In this document: piece by piece, positions 1 to 9,002 of the stretch
Layout of the letters: every line of letters starts with the position of its first letter
Numbering within the stretch: the stretch's first letter is position 1
Source of the DNA: Anaerolineae bacterium
GTDB taxonomy: Bacteria > Chloroflexota > Anaerolineae > Aggregatilineales > J027
Assembly (NCBI GenBank): GCA_021463865.1
Contig: JAJTXY010000018.1
Span: 1,971-65,970 of the forward strand
DNA: 64,000 nucleotides
Direction of reading: 5' to 3'
Translations under genes and position numbers: made by a program
Notes under the pieces: model-generated
Databases searched by the model: none
Seen by the model: the letters and a program-made list of their open reading frames with translations, nothing else
What the model was told of the DNA's origin: nothing

Positions 1-610
1 TATAAAACTGGGCATGACCGAACGCCAAATCGCCCAAATCTTGACCCAACACCAAACTGAATTAGGCGGTGAGCAAGATTCGTTTGCACCCCTAATCCTG
101 ATTGGCCCGCGCAGCGCCTTGCCACATGGGATGCCGGGAGATACTCGGCTTGAACGTGGTCTGCCCCTGTTGATTGATTATGGCACAGTGTATGGGGGCT
201 ATGTGTCCGACATCACCCGCACCTTTTTTGTTGGTGAGCCATCGGAAAAATTCAAGGGGTTATATGCGGCGGTCTTGGGCGCAAATGAAGCCGGACGGCA
301 AAAAGTTCACCCCGGTGTGCCAGCCGAAGAGGTGGATTCAGCCGCCGCTGGTATTCTGCAACAATCGGCCTTTGCTCAATATATCATCCATCGCACCGGA
401 CACGGTTTGGGCATTGATGTTCATGAGCATCCCAATATTGTGCAGGGGTACAAACGGCAACTTGAACCCGGTATGGTCTTCACCATCGAGCCGGGGCTGT
501 ATATCCCCGGTGAATTTGGTGTGCGGATCGAAGACAATATTGTGGTCACACCCGATGGTGGTGAGAGTCTGACGAGTTTCCCGCGAGAATTAATGATTTT
601 GGATCTATAG
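1..610 (+). CDS. M24-family Xaa-Pro peptidase (aminopeptidase P / prolidase type), C-terminal catalytic part; 5' end lies outside the window
   Basis: ORF 14..610 stays open back to the window edge. Pita-bread fold motifs are present: 'HRTGHGLGIDVHEHP', 'FTIEPG', 'GVRIEDNIVVT'. Confidence 0.85.
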   Translation, partial: IKLGMTERQIAQILTQHQTELGGEQDSFAPLILIGPRSALPHGMPGDTRLERGLPLLIDYGTVYGGYVSDITRTFFVGEPSEKFKGLYAAVLGANEAGRQKVHPGVPAEEVDSAAAGILQQSAFAQYIIHRTGHGLGIDVHEHPNIVQGYKRQLEPGMVFTIEPGLYIPGEFGVRIEDNIVVTPDGGESLTSFPRELMILDL

Positions 611-631
611 AGATAGAAGGTGGGGGCTGGT

Positions 632-925
632 TTAGCTCTGGGGTTGCAAGGCCATATCTGACCAGTTCCACCACTTCAACAATTCGCGTTCATGGCTCTT
701 GTTGGAGGCATAATAAACCGCACACCGCAGCACATAGAGCATACAACGATCCACTTGATGGCGCTGCTGTTGGCACAGGCGCTGATATAAGGCCTCAGGG
801 TCTTGATCTTTTAATTCGTTGACAGAACGGAAGCCCAGATTCCACAAATCTTCGGCTACACGCAGGCCAACACCGGGGATACGTTGCAGTTCTCGAAGGG
901 TGTTTAGTTTAGATGTCGCGCTCAT
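632..925 (-). CDS. small helix-hairpin-helix DNA-binding protein (Cdd1 / 'pathogenicity locus' type)
   Basis: 97 aa. 'LRELQRIPGVGLRVAEDLWNLGFRSVNEL' is an HhH GhG motif. SD aagaggg lies upstream of the ATG at 925. Confidence 0.6.
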   Translation of the reverse strand: MSATSKLNTLRELQRIPGVGLRVAEDLWNLGFRSVNELKDQDPEALYQRLCQQQRHQVDRCMLYVLRCAVYYASNKSHERELLKWWNWSDMALQPQS

Positions 926-945
926 TTTTTATCCCTCTTGGTATT

Positions 946-989
946 GAACACATGTTCTCATTATACCAAGACTGCAACCACTCTGTCAA
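946..989 (-). promoter_or_regulatory. sigma-70-type promoter with a LexA-type SOS (Cheo) box
   Basis: Minus-strand reading is TTGACA (989-984), 18 nt, TATAAT (965-960), then GAACACATGTTC (957-946). The last element is a GAAC-N4-GTTC palindrome between the -10 and the SD/start of the HhH gene. Confidence 0.55.
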
Positions 990-1084
990 ATACGAGGATG
1001 GCTTATTCATGCGATTATAACCCTTAATTATTGGGGGTTTTGAAGTGGCTTCAGTAGGTCAAATTGAGAGGCAAATTTCCCAAA

Positions 1085-2419
1085 TTAATCATCGGATGAT
1101 TTCGGTTCTTCAACTTTTTCGGGTAATTGGGTTACCAAAACTTTGTCCACCCGGTTGCCGTCCATATCCATCACTTCGAAGCGCAGTCCTGCTGACTCCA
1201 AATAATCGCCTGCTTTTGGAATACGCTCCAAGTTCATCACCAAAAAACCGCCAAGTGTTGAGAAAGTATTGTTTTCTTCACCCTGCAAGTCAGCCTCAAG
1301 ATCAAACATTTCTTTGACCTCATCAATCGAGAGTAGGCCATCCAACAGCCACGAGCCGTCCGCACGTTGGAAAGGCTGGGCCTCGGCAATTTCACTTAAG
1401 GAGGGCAAATCTCCCACAATGGCCTCCATAATATCAATGAGTGTCACCAGCCCCTCTACCCCACCAAACTCGCTCAAGACGAGCGCAACATGTTCGCCCG
1501 ACTCCTGAAAAATATCAAGCATCTTGAGAGCAAAGACGGTTTCGGGTACAAAGGTGGGTTTCCGAAGGCATTCCTTCAAATCAAGTATCTCGCCCTTAAT
1601 CGTCTTAGCCCACATATCTTTGACGGAAGCGATCCCAACCACGTTATCTGGCGAATCTTGATAAACCGGATAATAGGAAAAACCACTGCCCGCGATCTTC
1701 TTTAGATTGGCTTCAATAGAGTCATCCACATCTAGCCAAATTACCTTCGTGCGCGGGGTCATCAATTCTTTGACGCGAGTCTGATCTAGGCTTAGGATGC
1801 TGTCCACCATATCCTGTTCGGCTTCATCAAAAACCCCGGCTTGCGTGCCGTGTTCGATCAAAATCCGAATTTCATCTTCAGTGACAGGTGGCTCAATGGA
1901 GGGTTTGACTCCCAATAGTCGCAGGGTAATATCCGTCGTGAAACCAATAGAGGTAACAACGGGGGCAGTGATCTTGGAAAGAACATTCATCGGCCCGGCC
2001 ACCAGTGAAGCAATGCGCTCAGGATTGTTCAAGGCCAATCGTTTAGGAACCAATTCGCCCAAAATCAGGGAGAGGAAAGTGATGGTCAAAACGACCAGCA
2101 CCAACGCGACGCCGTCACTATAAGGGGCTAACGGTTCAATCTCATCCAATGTCTCGGCCAATTTTTCAGCAACCGTAGCACCCCCGAATGCACCTGCCAA
2201 AATTCCCACCAGCGTGATACCGATTTGGGTTGTCGAAAGAAAGCGCGTCGGGGCTTTGGCGAGTTCTAAAGCGGCTTTTGCTCCAGCGTGTCCCTCATCT
2301 GAAAGGCGTTCCAAGCGAGCCTTACGCGCCGAAATGATGGCGGCTTCAGACATCGCCAACACGCCATTTCCCAAAATCAAGAGCAGGATTATCAGAATTT
2401 CGAATGCTACGTTAGACAT
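1085..2419 (-). CDS. hemolysin-family / CNNM-type membrane protein (DUF21 - CBS pair - CorC_HlyC)
   Basis: 444 aa. N-terminal TM region, central CBS pair, and a C-terminal transporter-associated domain ending '...RFEVMDMDGNRVDKVLV'. Confidence 0.85.
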   Translation of the reverse strand: MSNVAFEILIILLLILGNGVLAMSEAAIISARKARLERLSDEGHAGAKAALELAKAPTRFLSTTQIGITLVGILAGAFGGATVAEKLAETLDEIEPLAPYSDGVALVLVVLTITFLSLILGELVPKRLALNNPERIASLVAGPMNVLSKITAPVVTSIGFTTDITLRLLGVKPSIEPPVTEDEIRILIEHGTQAGVFDEAEQDMVDSILSLDQTRVKELMTPRTKVIWLDVDDSIEANLKKIAGSGFSYYPVYQDSPDNVVGIASVKDMWAKTIKGEILDLKECLRKPTFVPETVFALKMLDIFQESGEHVALVLSEFGGVEGLVTLIDIMEAIVGDLPSLSEIAEAQPFQRADGSWLLDGLLSIDEVKEMFDLEADLQGEENNTFSTLGGFLVMNLERIPKAGDYLESAGLRFEVMDMDGNRVDKVLVTQLPEKVEEPKSSDD

Positions 2420-2553
2420 TCAAGCACAGCGCCTCTGGTTTTTAACAATTGGAATATAGAGTATAGCGGGAAATCGGCTAAAATTGTGAATTTCGAAACT
2501 TTGTACAATTACGTAGAATCAACAAGGTTTGTTTTGGAAATACGGCACGCTAA

Positions 2554-3984
2554 ATGGCAACTTCTCTAACATACGACGCAGTAGTCATTGGATCGGGTCC
2601 AAACGGATTGGCAGCAGCGATTACCCTTGCCCGTGCCCAAAAATCGGTGCTATTGATTGAAGCCGCTGGCAGTATCGGCGGGGGGATGCGTTCAGCAGAA
2701 TTGACCCTACCCGGTTTCATCCATGATATATGCTCGGCCATCCATCCGCTAGGTGCGAGTTCCCCCTTTTTCCGTGAATTGCCCCTGCATGAACATGGCC
2801 TTGAATGGATTCACTCCCCTGCTCCGCTGGCTCATCCCTTTGATGATGGCATGGCGCTCACCCTCGAAAAATCCATTGATGCCACCGCCGATCAATTAGC
2901 GCGGGATACCAAAACGTATCGCCGATTAATGACCCCACTGGTCAATGATTGGGGTACATTGGTCAATATGACGCTCGCTCCCCTGCTCCGCTTTCCTCGC
3001 CATCCATTGGCCCTAACCCGTTTTGGAATTCCGGCCCTGCTGCCATTGCAGACCTTTGCCAAAACCCTGTTTCGAGAGGAACGTACTCGTGCCTTATTCG
3101 CCGGATTAACTGGTCACTCCATGCTGACAATGGGGCATATCGTCTCAGCTTCATTTAGCCTAGTTTTGGGGATTTTAGGACATTACGTCGGTTGGCCCAT
3201 CGCAAAGGGCGGATCGCAGAAACTGGCGGATGCGTTGGGGTCATATTTCCAATCACTGGGAGGAGAAATTGTTACAGATCAGCGCGTCACATCCATCCAA
3301 GAACTACCGTCAGCACGGGCGTATTTGTTTGATACCTCCCCTCGTCAATTGGTCGAAATCGTTGGGGATAAGCTACCTATCCCTTATCAAAACCGACTGC
3401 AAAAATATCGTTATGGGATGGGAGTGTTCAAACTTGATTGGGCGTTGAGTGAACCTATTCCATGGAAAGCCGTCGCATGTTCCCGCGCCGCCACCTTACA
3501 CATTGGGCCGACCCTGCGCGACATTGCCACATCTGAAAAAACGATTTGGCAAGGGCGTCATGCGGAGAAGCCTTATGTAATTGTCGCCCAGCAAAGCCTC
3601 TTTGATCGCACCCGCGCCCCGGATGGTAAACACACCGCATGGGGGTATTGCCATGTACCGAATGGTTCAACGGCGGATATGACCGAGGCCGTAGAAAACC
3701 AAATCGAGCGATTCGCCCCCGGTTTCCGCGACTGCATCCTCGCCCATCATCGCATGAACACCGCCGACTATCAGACCTATAATCCCAACTATCTCGGCGG
3801 CGACATTAACGGCGGCGTGCAAGATATTTTTCAGTTGGTGATGCGGCCCACCTTACGCCTCAACCCCTATTCCACACCCACCAAAGGCATCTACCTATGT
3901 TCATCCTCGACTCCGCCGGGAGGTGGGGTACATGGCATGTGCGGTTATCATGCAGCAAATTCGGTTTTAAAAGAGATGTTTTGA
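2554..3984 (+). CDS. phytoene-desaturase-family NAD(P)/FAD-dependent oxidoreductase
   Basis: 476 aa. Rossmann dinucleotide motif 'DAVVIGSGPNGLAAAITLA'. Length and C-terminal 'STPPGGGVHGMCG' are typical of CrtI-related oxidoreductases of unknown substrate. Confidence 0.8.
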   Translation: MATSLTYDAVVIGSGPNGLAAAITLARAQKSVLLIEAAGSIGGGMRSAELTLPGFIHDICSAIHPLGASSPFFRELPLHEHGLEWIHSPAPLAHPFDDGMALTLEKSIDATADQLARDTKTYRRLMTPLVNDWGTLVNMTLAPLLRFPRHPLALTRFGIPALLPLQTFAKTLFREERTRALFAGLTGHSMLTMGHIVSASFSLVLGILGHYVGWPIAKGGSQKLADALGSYFQSLGGEIVTDQRVTSIQELPSARAYLFDTSPRQLVEIVGDKLPIPYQNRLQKYRYGMGVFKLDWALSEPIPWKAVACSRAATLHIGPTLRDIATSEKTIWQGRHAEKPYVIVAQQSLFDRTRAPDGKHTAWGYCHVPNGSTADMTEAVENQIERFAPGFRDCILAHHRMNTADYQTYNPNYLGGDINGGVQDIFQLVMRPTLRLNPYSTPTKGIYLCSSSTPPGGGVHGMCGYHAANSVLKEMF

Positions 3985-4264
3985 GAAAGGGGCATATTAG
4001 GCCAATATACCCCTTATTCCTTCGTTATGGCTCTTGTGTGCCAGCAGTTGGCGGTGGTGGCGGAGGCGGATTGTTGTCCCCGTTCCCCGTGTTGGAACTG
4101 GTTGTTGGAGTAGCCGTCGCGGGACTACTTGGGCGCCGTGTGCCATAGGGACGGGACGCCAATTCATTCAATTCCAAGTCGGGCAAATCCGGCATATCTT
4201 CAGGGTCAATCACGGGTAGCGCCGTCACTTCCTCGTCTTCGAGCAGCAACCCTCGGCGTGGCGA

Positions 4265-4603
4265 CTACCCTGCTTTCAACACCCCTCGATCAAAATAATA
4301 GATATAGAGCCATTTTTCATCTTCACTACGGCCTACCACGTGCGGCGCGAATGTCCCTACCACAGCCGCGAAAATTCGACCCGATTTGCGGTCTGGCAGC
4401 GGAAAAACTTCAATGCCGCCACGCGCAACGGGTACGTTTTCGAGTAGAAGTACAGCGGTAGGGCTAGGCGTTCGAGAGGCAGTCCGGCTTGGGGTGGCGC
4501 TGTTTTGCTGGGCTTGCAGGGGTGCTGGGACGGCAATAAACAAAATAACGGTGACAGCCAGAACAGCCATCACGAGCAATAGGGCTAATGGCTTGTTCAT
4601 CAT
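4265..4603 (-). CDS. small secreted protein, unknown function
   Basis: 112 aa. Signal-like 'MMNKPLALLLVMAVLAVTVILF', an S/T/P-rich linker, and a small beta-rich domain. It ends at TAG (4267-4265), which is followed by about 80 more open in-frame codons (see findings). Confidence 0.4.
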   Translation of the reverse strand: MMNKPLALLLVMAVLAVTVILFIAVPAPLQAQQNSATPSRTASRTPSPTAVLLLENVPVARGGIEVFPLPDRKSGRIFAAVVGTFAPHVVGRSEDEKWLYIYYFDRGVLKAG

Positions 4604-4754
4604 AATGGCCTCTTAATAATTTGAATATTTCCACCATCCATAGTATACGGCAGGATTGTGACAGAGCAAACGGGCCGCCCTATCGTTTAGGATGGGCACA
4701 AGACCCCTTGTTTTTCAGCAGGCCCGTTTTCAAAATTCAGCAGCAGTTGAACCC

Positions 4755-5831
4755 TTAGGCGGGTTCAAGCGTCTTTTCGTGCTGAAACATCACCGTGCCT
4801 CGATGCAAAGCCGGGTTCAATTCAACGGCGCGTTCGATGCCATGTTCTGCCACCAGTTGAATGAAGGGCCAAGCTGCATTCAGGAAAGCATGGGTAGAAG
4901 TGCGCCCAACAACTCCCGGTAGGTTTGGCACACAATAATGGACGACTCCTTCAACCATAAAAATGGGGTCGTTATGCTGCATCGGACGGCTGGTCTCGAT
5001 ACATCCCCCCTGATCAATACTCATGTCAATAACGACTGAGCCGGGACGCATTGAGGCAACCATCTCCTTCGTGATAATCAGTGGGGCAGGTTCGCCGGGA
5101 ATTTGCACCGCACCGACTAGCACATCCGCAAATGTGCAGACCCGTTTCAAATTGGCATCGTGCGAGACCATCGTCGTGATGTGTCCGTCAAAATACTCAT
5201 GGGCAGCTTGGAGTTTCTGCAAATCGTGATCTAACAGGATTATCCGTGCGCCCATCCCCAGAAAAGCCTGCGCCGCATTTATACCCACCACGCCAGCCCC
5301 AATAATCACCACATCGGCGGGTGGCACGCCAGCGACTCCACCGAGCAGTATCCCCTTACCACCGCGATTATTTTGGAGATATTGGGCCGCAATTTGGGCC
5401 GTCATGCGTCCACCAATCTGGCTCAAGGGGTACAAAACAGGCAGCATTCCATTACGCTCTTCAATCCGTTCATACGAAACGACAGCTGTCCCTTTTTCCT
5501 CCAATAGGCGAATCTGGTGGGGTGGGGTAACGGCCAACATCATAAATGCCATGATGGTCTGATGATCCGCCATCCATGACATTTCTTCTTCGGTTGGGCG
5601 CTGAACCTTGAGGATTACATCGGCGCGACGAAAGACCTCTGCCTCATCATAGGTGATGCGTGCCCCAGCCTGTTCAAATTCAGTATCACTGAAATTACTG
5701 CCAATGCCAGCGTCTTTTTCGACATAACACTGATGGCCCCGTTTAGTCAAAATTGAAACACCGACTGGTGTTAGACCAACCCGAAATTCAGAAGTGTGCC
5801 GTTCTTTGGGAATGCCAATTTTGAGGGGCAT
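4755..5831 (-). CDS. ald: alanine dehydrogenase
   Basis: 358 aa. Family motifs run along the full length: 'IGIPKE', 'RVGLTP', NAD loop 'VVIIGAGVVGINAA', 'IDQGGCIETSRP', 'HYCVPNLPG'. It lies 36 nt downstream of the last cooC gene. Confidence 0.85.
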   Translation of the reverse strand: MPLKIGIPKERHTSEFRVGLTPVGVSILTKRGHQCYVEKDAGIGSNFSDTEFEQAGARITYDEAEVFRRADVILKVQRPTEEEMSWMADHQTIMAFMMLAVTPPHQIRLLEEKGTAVVSYERIEERNGMLPVLYPLSQIGGRMTAQIAAQYLQNNRGGKGILLGGVAGVPPADVVIIGAGVVGINAAQAFLGMGARIILLDHDLQKLQAAHEYFDGHITTMVSHDANLKRVCTFADVLVGAVQIPGEPAPLIITKEMVASMRPGSVVIDMSIDQGGCIETSRPMQHNDPIFMVEGVVHYCVPNLPGVVGRTSTHAFLNAAWPFIQLVAEHGIERAVELNPALHRGTVMFQHEKTLEPA

Positions 5832-5867
5832 AGGAAGTCCTCCTTTGTGGTGATAGGGCTGCTTGGT

Positions 5868-6656
5868 TTATAGAATTCGTTGTAACATGGCGGCTACCGC
5901 TTGATACACCTGCGACTGATTGTCGAGGTCTACTAGCGGGCGGCCTTCAAACTCAACCTCCATCATCTGGGTGTCATAGGGAACACAGCCTAACAACGGA
6001 ATATCGAGTGCGTCAATCCGACTCTGCAATGGCGTGGGAATGGTCTCCGTTCGTAAGCCATTTAGAATCAGATAGGTATGTTCAATGTGAATATCCAGCG
6101 CGTGACGGAATCCCGCAATCCGTTCGGCGGCCTGAATACCGCGTTGAGTGGGATCCGTGACCACAAAAAGATGTTGTACATCGCGGGTCGTGCGGCGGCT
6201 GAGGTGTTCCATCCCTGCTTCGTTATCAATGACCACATACCGATAATTTTTACTGATGCCGTCCACGACTTCGCGCAGATTATGATTGACCGCGCAGTAG
6301 CAACCGGGGCCTTCCGAACGTCCCATCGCAATGAGGTCAACCTGTGTACCTTCAACCAATGAGGAGCGAATCTGATAGTCCAGATATTCGCGCTTGCTGA
6401 TTCCACCGGAGAGGCTGCCCATCGCGGCACCCCCCTCTAGCAAGGATTGTTTGACCTGACTCAACAAATCTTCCCGAATATCCCCAACTGTCCAATCCAA
6501 TTCCAGCCCCAACACGACGTTTAAATTGCTGCTGGGGTCGGCATCAATCGCCAGCACCGCACCGGATTGCGTCTGGATCAAATATTTAATAATCATGGCG
6601 GAGATGGTCGTCTTGCCCACCCCACCCTTACCCGCAAGAGCAATTGTTGTGGTCAT
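5868..6656 (-). CDS. cooC: CooC/AcsF-type nickel-insertion ATPase (CODH/ACS maturation)
   Basis: 262 aa. P-loop 'GKGGVGKTT' and CXC metal motif 'GPGCYCAV'. The start overlaps the upstream paralogue's stop by 4 nt. Confidence 0.85.
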   Translation of the reverse strand: MTTTIALAGKGGVGKTTISAMIIKYLIQTQSGAVLAIDADPSSNLNVVLGLELDWTVGDIREDLLSQVKQSLLEGGAAMGSLSGGISKREYLDYQIRSSLVEGTQVDLIAMGRSEGPGCYCAVNHNLREVVDGISKNYRYVVIDNEAGMEHLSRRTTRDVQHLFVVTDPTQRGIQAAERIAGFRHALDIHIEHTYLILNGLRTETIPTPLQSRIDALDIPLLGCVPYDTQMMEVEFEGRPLVDLDNQSQVYQAVAAMLQRIL

Positions 6657-7477
6657 CCATGTTTCTCCTCAGCTTGTCGTTGTAAAGCACTCACGAGTAA
6701 TTCCGCCATTCGTTCCGCTTCCAAGCGCAGTTCCGGCACATAATCATAAACGGGCACGCCGAGACGATCTGCTTCTTGCACAGTCAAGGCAGCAGGCAAA
6801 AATCCAAGTACAGGAATATCGGGGGTCTCCGCTTCCAAAAAGGCTTGTTCTTCGGCGCTGCGAATCTTGTTGCCGACCAACCACAGGCGAGTAAGGCCTA
6901 TGTCGGCGGCTAGTTTTTTGATTTGCATGGCCGTGCCGAGACTGCGGCGGGTAGGTTCGACCACCACCAGCATCGCATCCACAAAATCGGCGGTGGCGCG
7001 GCCTAGATGCTCCACCCCAGCGTACATATCTAAAATCAGCACTTCATCCGAACGAAACAACAAATGGGTGAACAGGGTTTTAAGCATGGCGCTTTCGGGA
7101 CAGATGCAACCCGATCCACCCACATCAACCGTGCCCATTTCCAACAAACGCACCCCGCGATGTTGAATGCTAAAACGCTCCGGTAGATCATCCACACGGG
7201 GATTGAGGGTAAAAAATCCTCCCACCGTCCCCGGTTTTGCGCCTGTCCGCTCTTCAATCAATTCATCCATGCTGGAAATGGGGGCGAGTTGGGCACGTAG
7301 TTCCATCGAAAACCCCAATGCCCCCGCCAGACATGGTGAAGGGTCAGTATCTACTGCCAGCACATCGCGTCCGGCATTGGCATATACTTGGGCCAACAAA
7401 GCGGAGACGGTGGTTTTACCCGTCCCCCCTTTGCCACTGACTGCGATTTTCATCTTCGACGTTCCTTTCAATGTCAA
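6653..7477 (-). CDS. cooC: CooC/AcsF-type nickel-insertion ATPase, second diverged paralogue
   Basis: 274 aa. P-loop 'GKGGTGKTT' and CXC motif 'GSGCICPE'. Confidence 0.85.
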   Translation of the reverse strand: MTLKGTSKMKIAVSGKGGTGKTTVSALLAQVYANAGRDVLAVDTDPSPCLAGALGFSMELRAQLAPISSMDELIEERTGAKPGTVGGFFTLNPRVDDLPERFSIQHRGVRLLEMGTVDVGGSGCICPESAMLKTLFTHLLFRSDEVLILDMYAGVEHLGRATADFVDAMLVVVEPTRRSLGTAMQIKKLAADIGLTRLWLVGNKIRSAEEQAFLEAETPDIPVLGFLPAALTVQEADRLGVPVYDYVPELRLEAERMAELLVSALQRQAEEKHG

Positions 7478-7491
7478 TACCTACGGTTCAA

Positions 7492-8976
7492 CTATGCGAC
7501 TGCATGGCTCGGTTCTGGGCTAATAGGGGCGCTGAAGTCGGGTGGCAATAAACCTGCCTCAGTAACGATGCGTGGCACGATTTCTTCCCATCCCACCGCC
7601 ATGATATGAATACCATTCACCCCCTGCTTGCCTTTGATGGCCTCAATCAGTTCGAGGGCGATTTGCACCCCTTCTTCCTGCGCACCATCACCCGCTGCTT
7701 CCATACGCTTGAGCAGTTTCTCTGGGATGAAAACGCCGGGCACTTCATTGTGCATATACAGCGCCATCTTCAAACTCTTAAGCGGGGTGACGCCAATTAG
7801 AATATAAACTTTGCCGAGAATGTCCCGTTTGGCGAGTTCATTCAGCCAAATTTCCATCCCCTCCGCGTCATACACCAAATTGGTCTGGAAAAACTGAGCG
7901 CCCGCATTGACCTTCTTATGCTCACGTAGGGCTTGGAAACGTGGTTCGGATGCAAACGGCGAGGCAGCGGCTCCCAAAAAGAATTTGGGTGGGTGTTTGA
8001 TTTCACGCCCGTCCAAGAACTTGCCTTCATCGCGCATCCGGCGCAAAATCCACAACATTTGGATGGAATCAATGTCCAATACATCGGCCCGGCCCATTGG
8101 CGGCGGCCCCATTCGGCTGTGATCCCCGGACAGGCACAACATATTCCGAACGCCGAGCGCACTTGCCCCCAACACCTCGGATTGCAGTCCAGTGCGGGTG
8201 CGGTCACGGGCCGCAATTTGCATGACGGGTTCGACCCCATGCTCCATCGCCATGATGCTGCACGCCATGCTTGCCATACGTGCCGTCGCCGATGGATTAT
8301 CGGTAAAGTTGACCGCTGCGACATACGGTTTGACCATCTCGACATTGGTGCATAATTTTTTCGTCGCTGTGCTAAGGGGTGGCGCGACCTCTGCCGTCAC
8401 CACAAATTCGCCAGCTTTCAGACGGCGTTCCAATTCTGAAATCGGCTCGGTATAGGCGGGTGCATGATATTCAGCATCCCCCTGCCACCAATCGGGTTGT
8501 CGCACCGGATAAAAAACGCTGTCCCATGCTTTGGCCCGACATTTGACATTACCCGATGTCATTTCCCGTGCAAAATGGCGTACCCCCACTTGACGAAGCT
8601 GTTTCATCACATCCCACCAAGTTTCCGTGCCTACCCTGTCCCAATCTAGCGGGGGCATAACCTCCAACAGCTTTTCTTCACGCCCCATCGCAAAGGCCCG
8701 TGTATAGATGCGATACCAGATGCAAGGGCGCGTTTCATCTACGTAGCAGTGTTCCGATGTTGAACCCCCACAAGGCCCATTCCGCGCACCTTTGGGGCAT
8801 TCCATCGGGCAGATAAAAGCCGTCTCTTGTAACAAACAGTTCCCACACATTCGACAACCAAACAATGGGCCTTTTACCATGCGTTCCATACGCTCCAACA
8901 ACCGATAGCGCAGTGGCTCATGTTTAAAGGGGTAAAAGGGCGGTTGCCAACGACGTCCCGGAGTAAAGTTCGGCAT
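7492..8976 (-). CDS. metF: methylenetetrahydrofolate reductase, MetV-like Cys-rich module fused to MetF
   Basis: 494 aa. The N-terminal ~130 aa are Cys-rich ('CRMCGNCLLQETAFICPMECPKGARNGPCGG'). An MTHFR barrel follows ('VVTAEVAPP', 'VNFTDNP', 'LCLSGDH', 'FFQTNLVYD'). Confidence 0.8.
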   Translation of the reverse strand: MPNFTPGRRWQPPFYPFKHEPLRYRLLERMERMVKGPLFGCRMCGNCLLQETAFICPMECPKGARNGPCGGSTSEHCYVDETRPCIWYRIYTRAFAMGREEKLLEVMPPLDWDRVGTETWWDVMKQLRQVGVRHFAREMTSGNVKCRAKAWDSVFYPVRQPDWWQGDAEYHAPAYTEPISELERRLKAGEFVVTAEVAPPLSTATKKLCTNVEMVKPYVAAVNFTDNPSATARMASMACSIMAMEHGVEPVMQIAARDRTRTGLQSEVLGASALGVRNMLCLSGDHSRMGPPPMGRADVLDIDSIQMLWILRRMRDEGKFLDGREIKHPPKFFLGAAASPFASEPRFQALREHKKVNAGAQFFQTNLVYDAEGMEIWLNELAKRDILGKVYILIGVTPLKSLKMALYMHNEVPGVFIPEKLLKRMEAAGDGAQEEGVQIALELIEAIKGKQGVNGIHIMAVGWEEIVPRIVTEAGLLPPDFSAPISPEPSHAVA

Positions 8977-9002
8977 AAGATACCTCTCCTCTCACGACGT
9001 TT

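Noticed and set aside
4265-4267. In-frame TAG as a pyrrolysine codon
   Set aside because: No pyl genes, methylamine methyltransferases or PYLIS-like context appear in the window. The protein is a small secreted protein, not a known Pyl enzyme.
5868-7477. Two adjacent cooC-like genes as a recent duplication or misassembly
   Set aside because: The two proteins are clearly diverged in length, P-loop context and CXC surroundings. This is consistent with the known separate CODH- and ACS-specific maturases.
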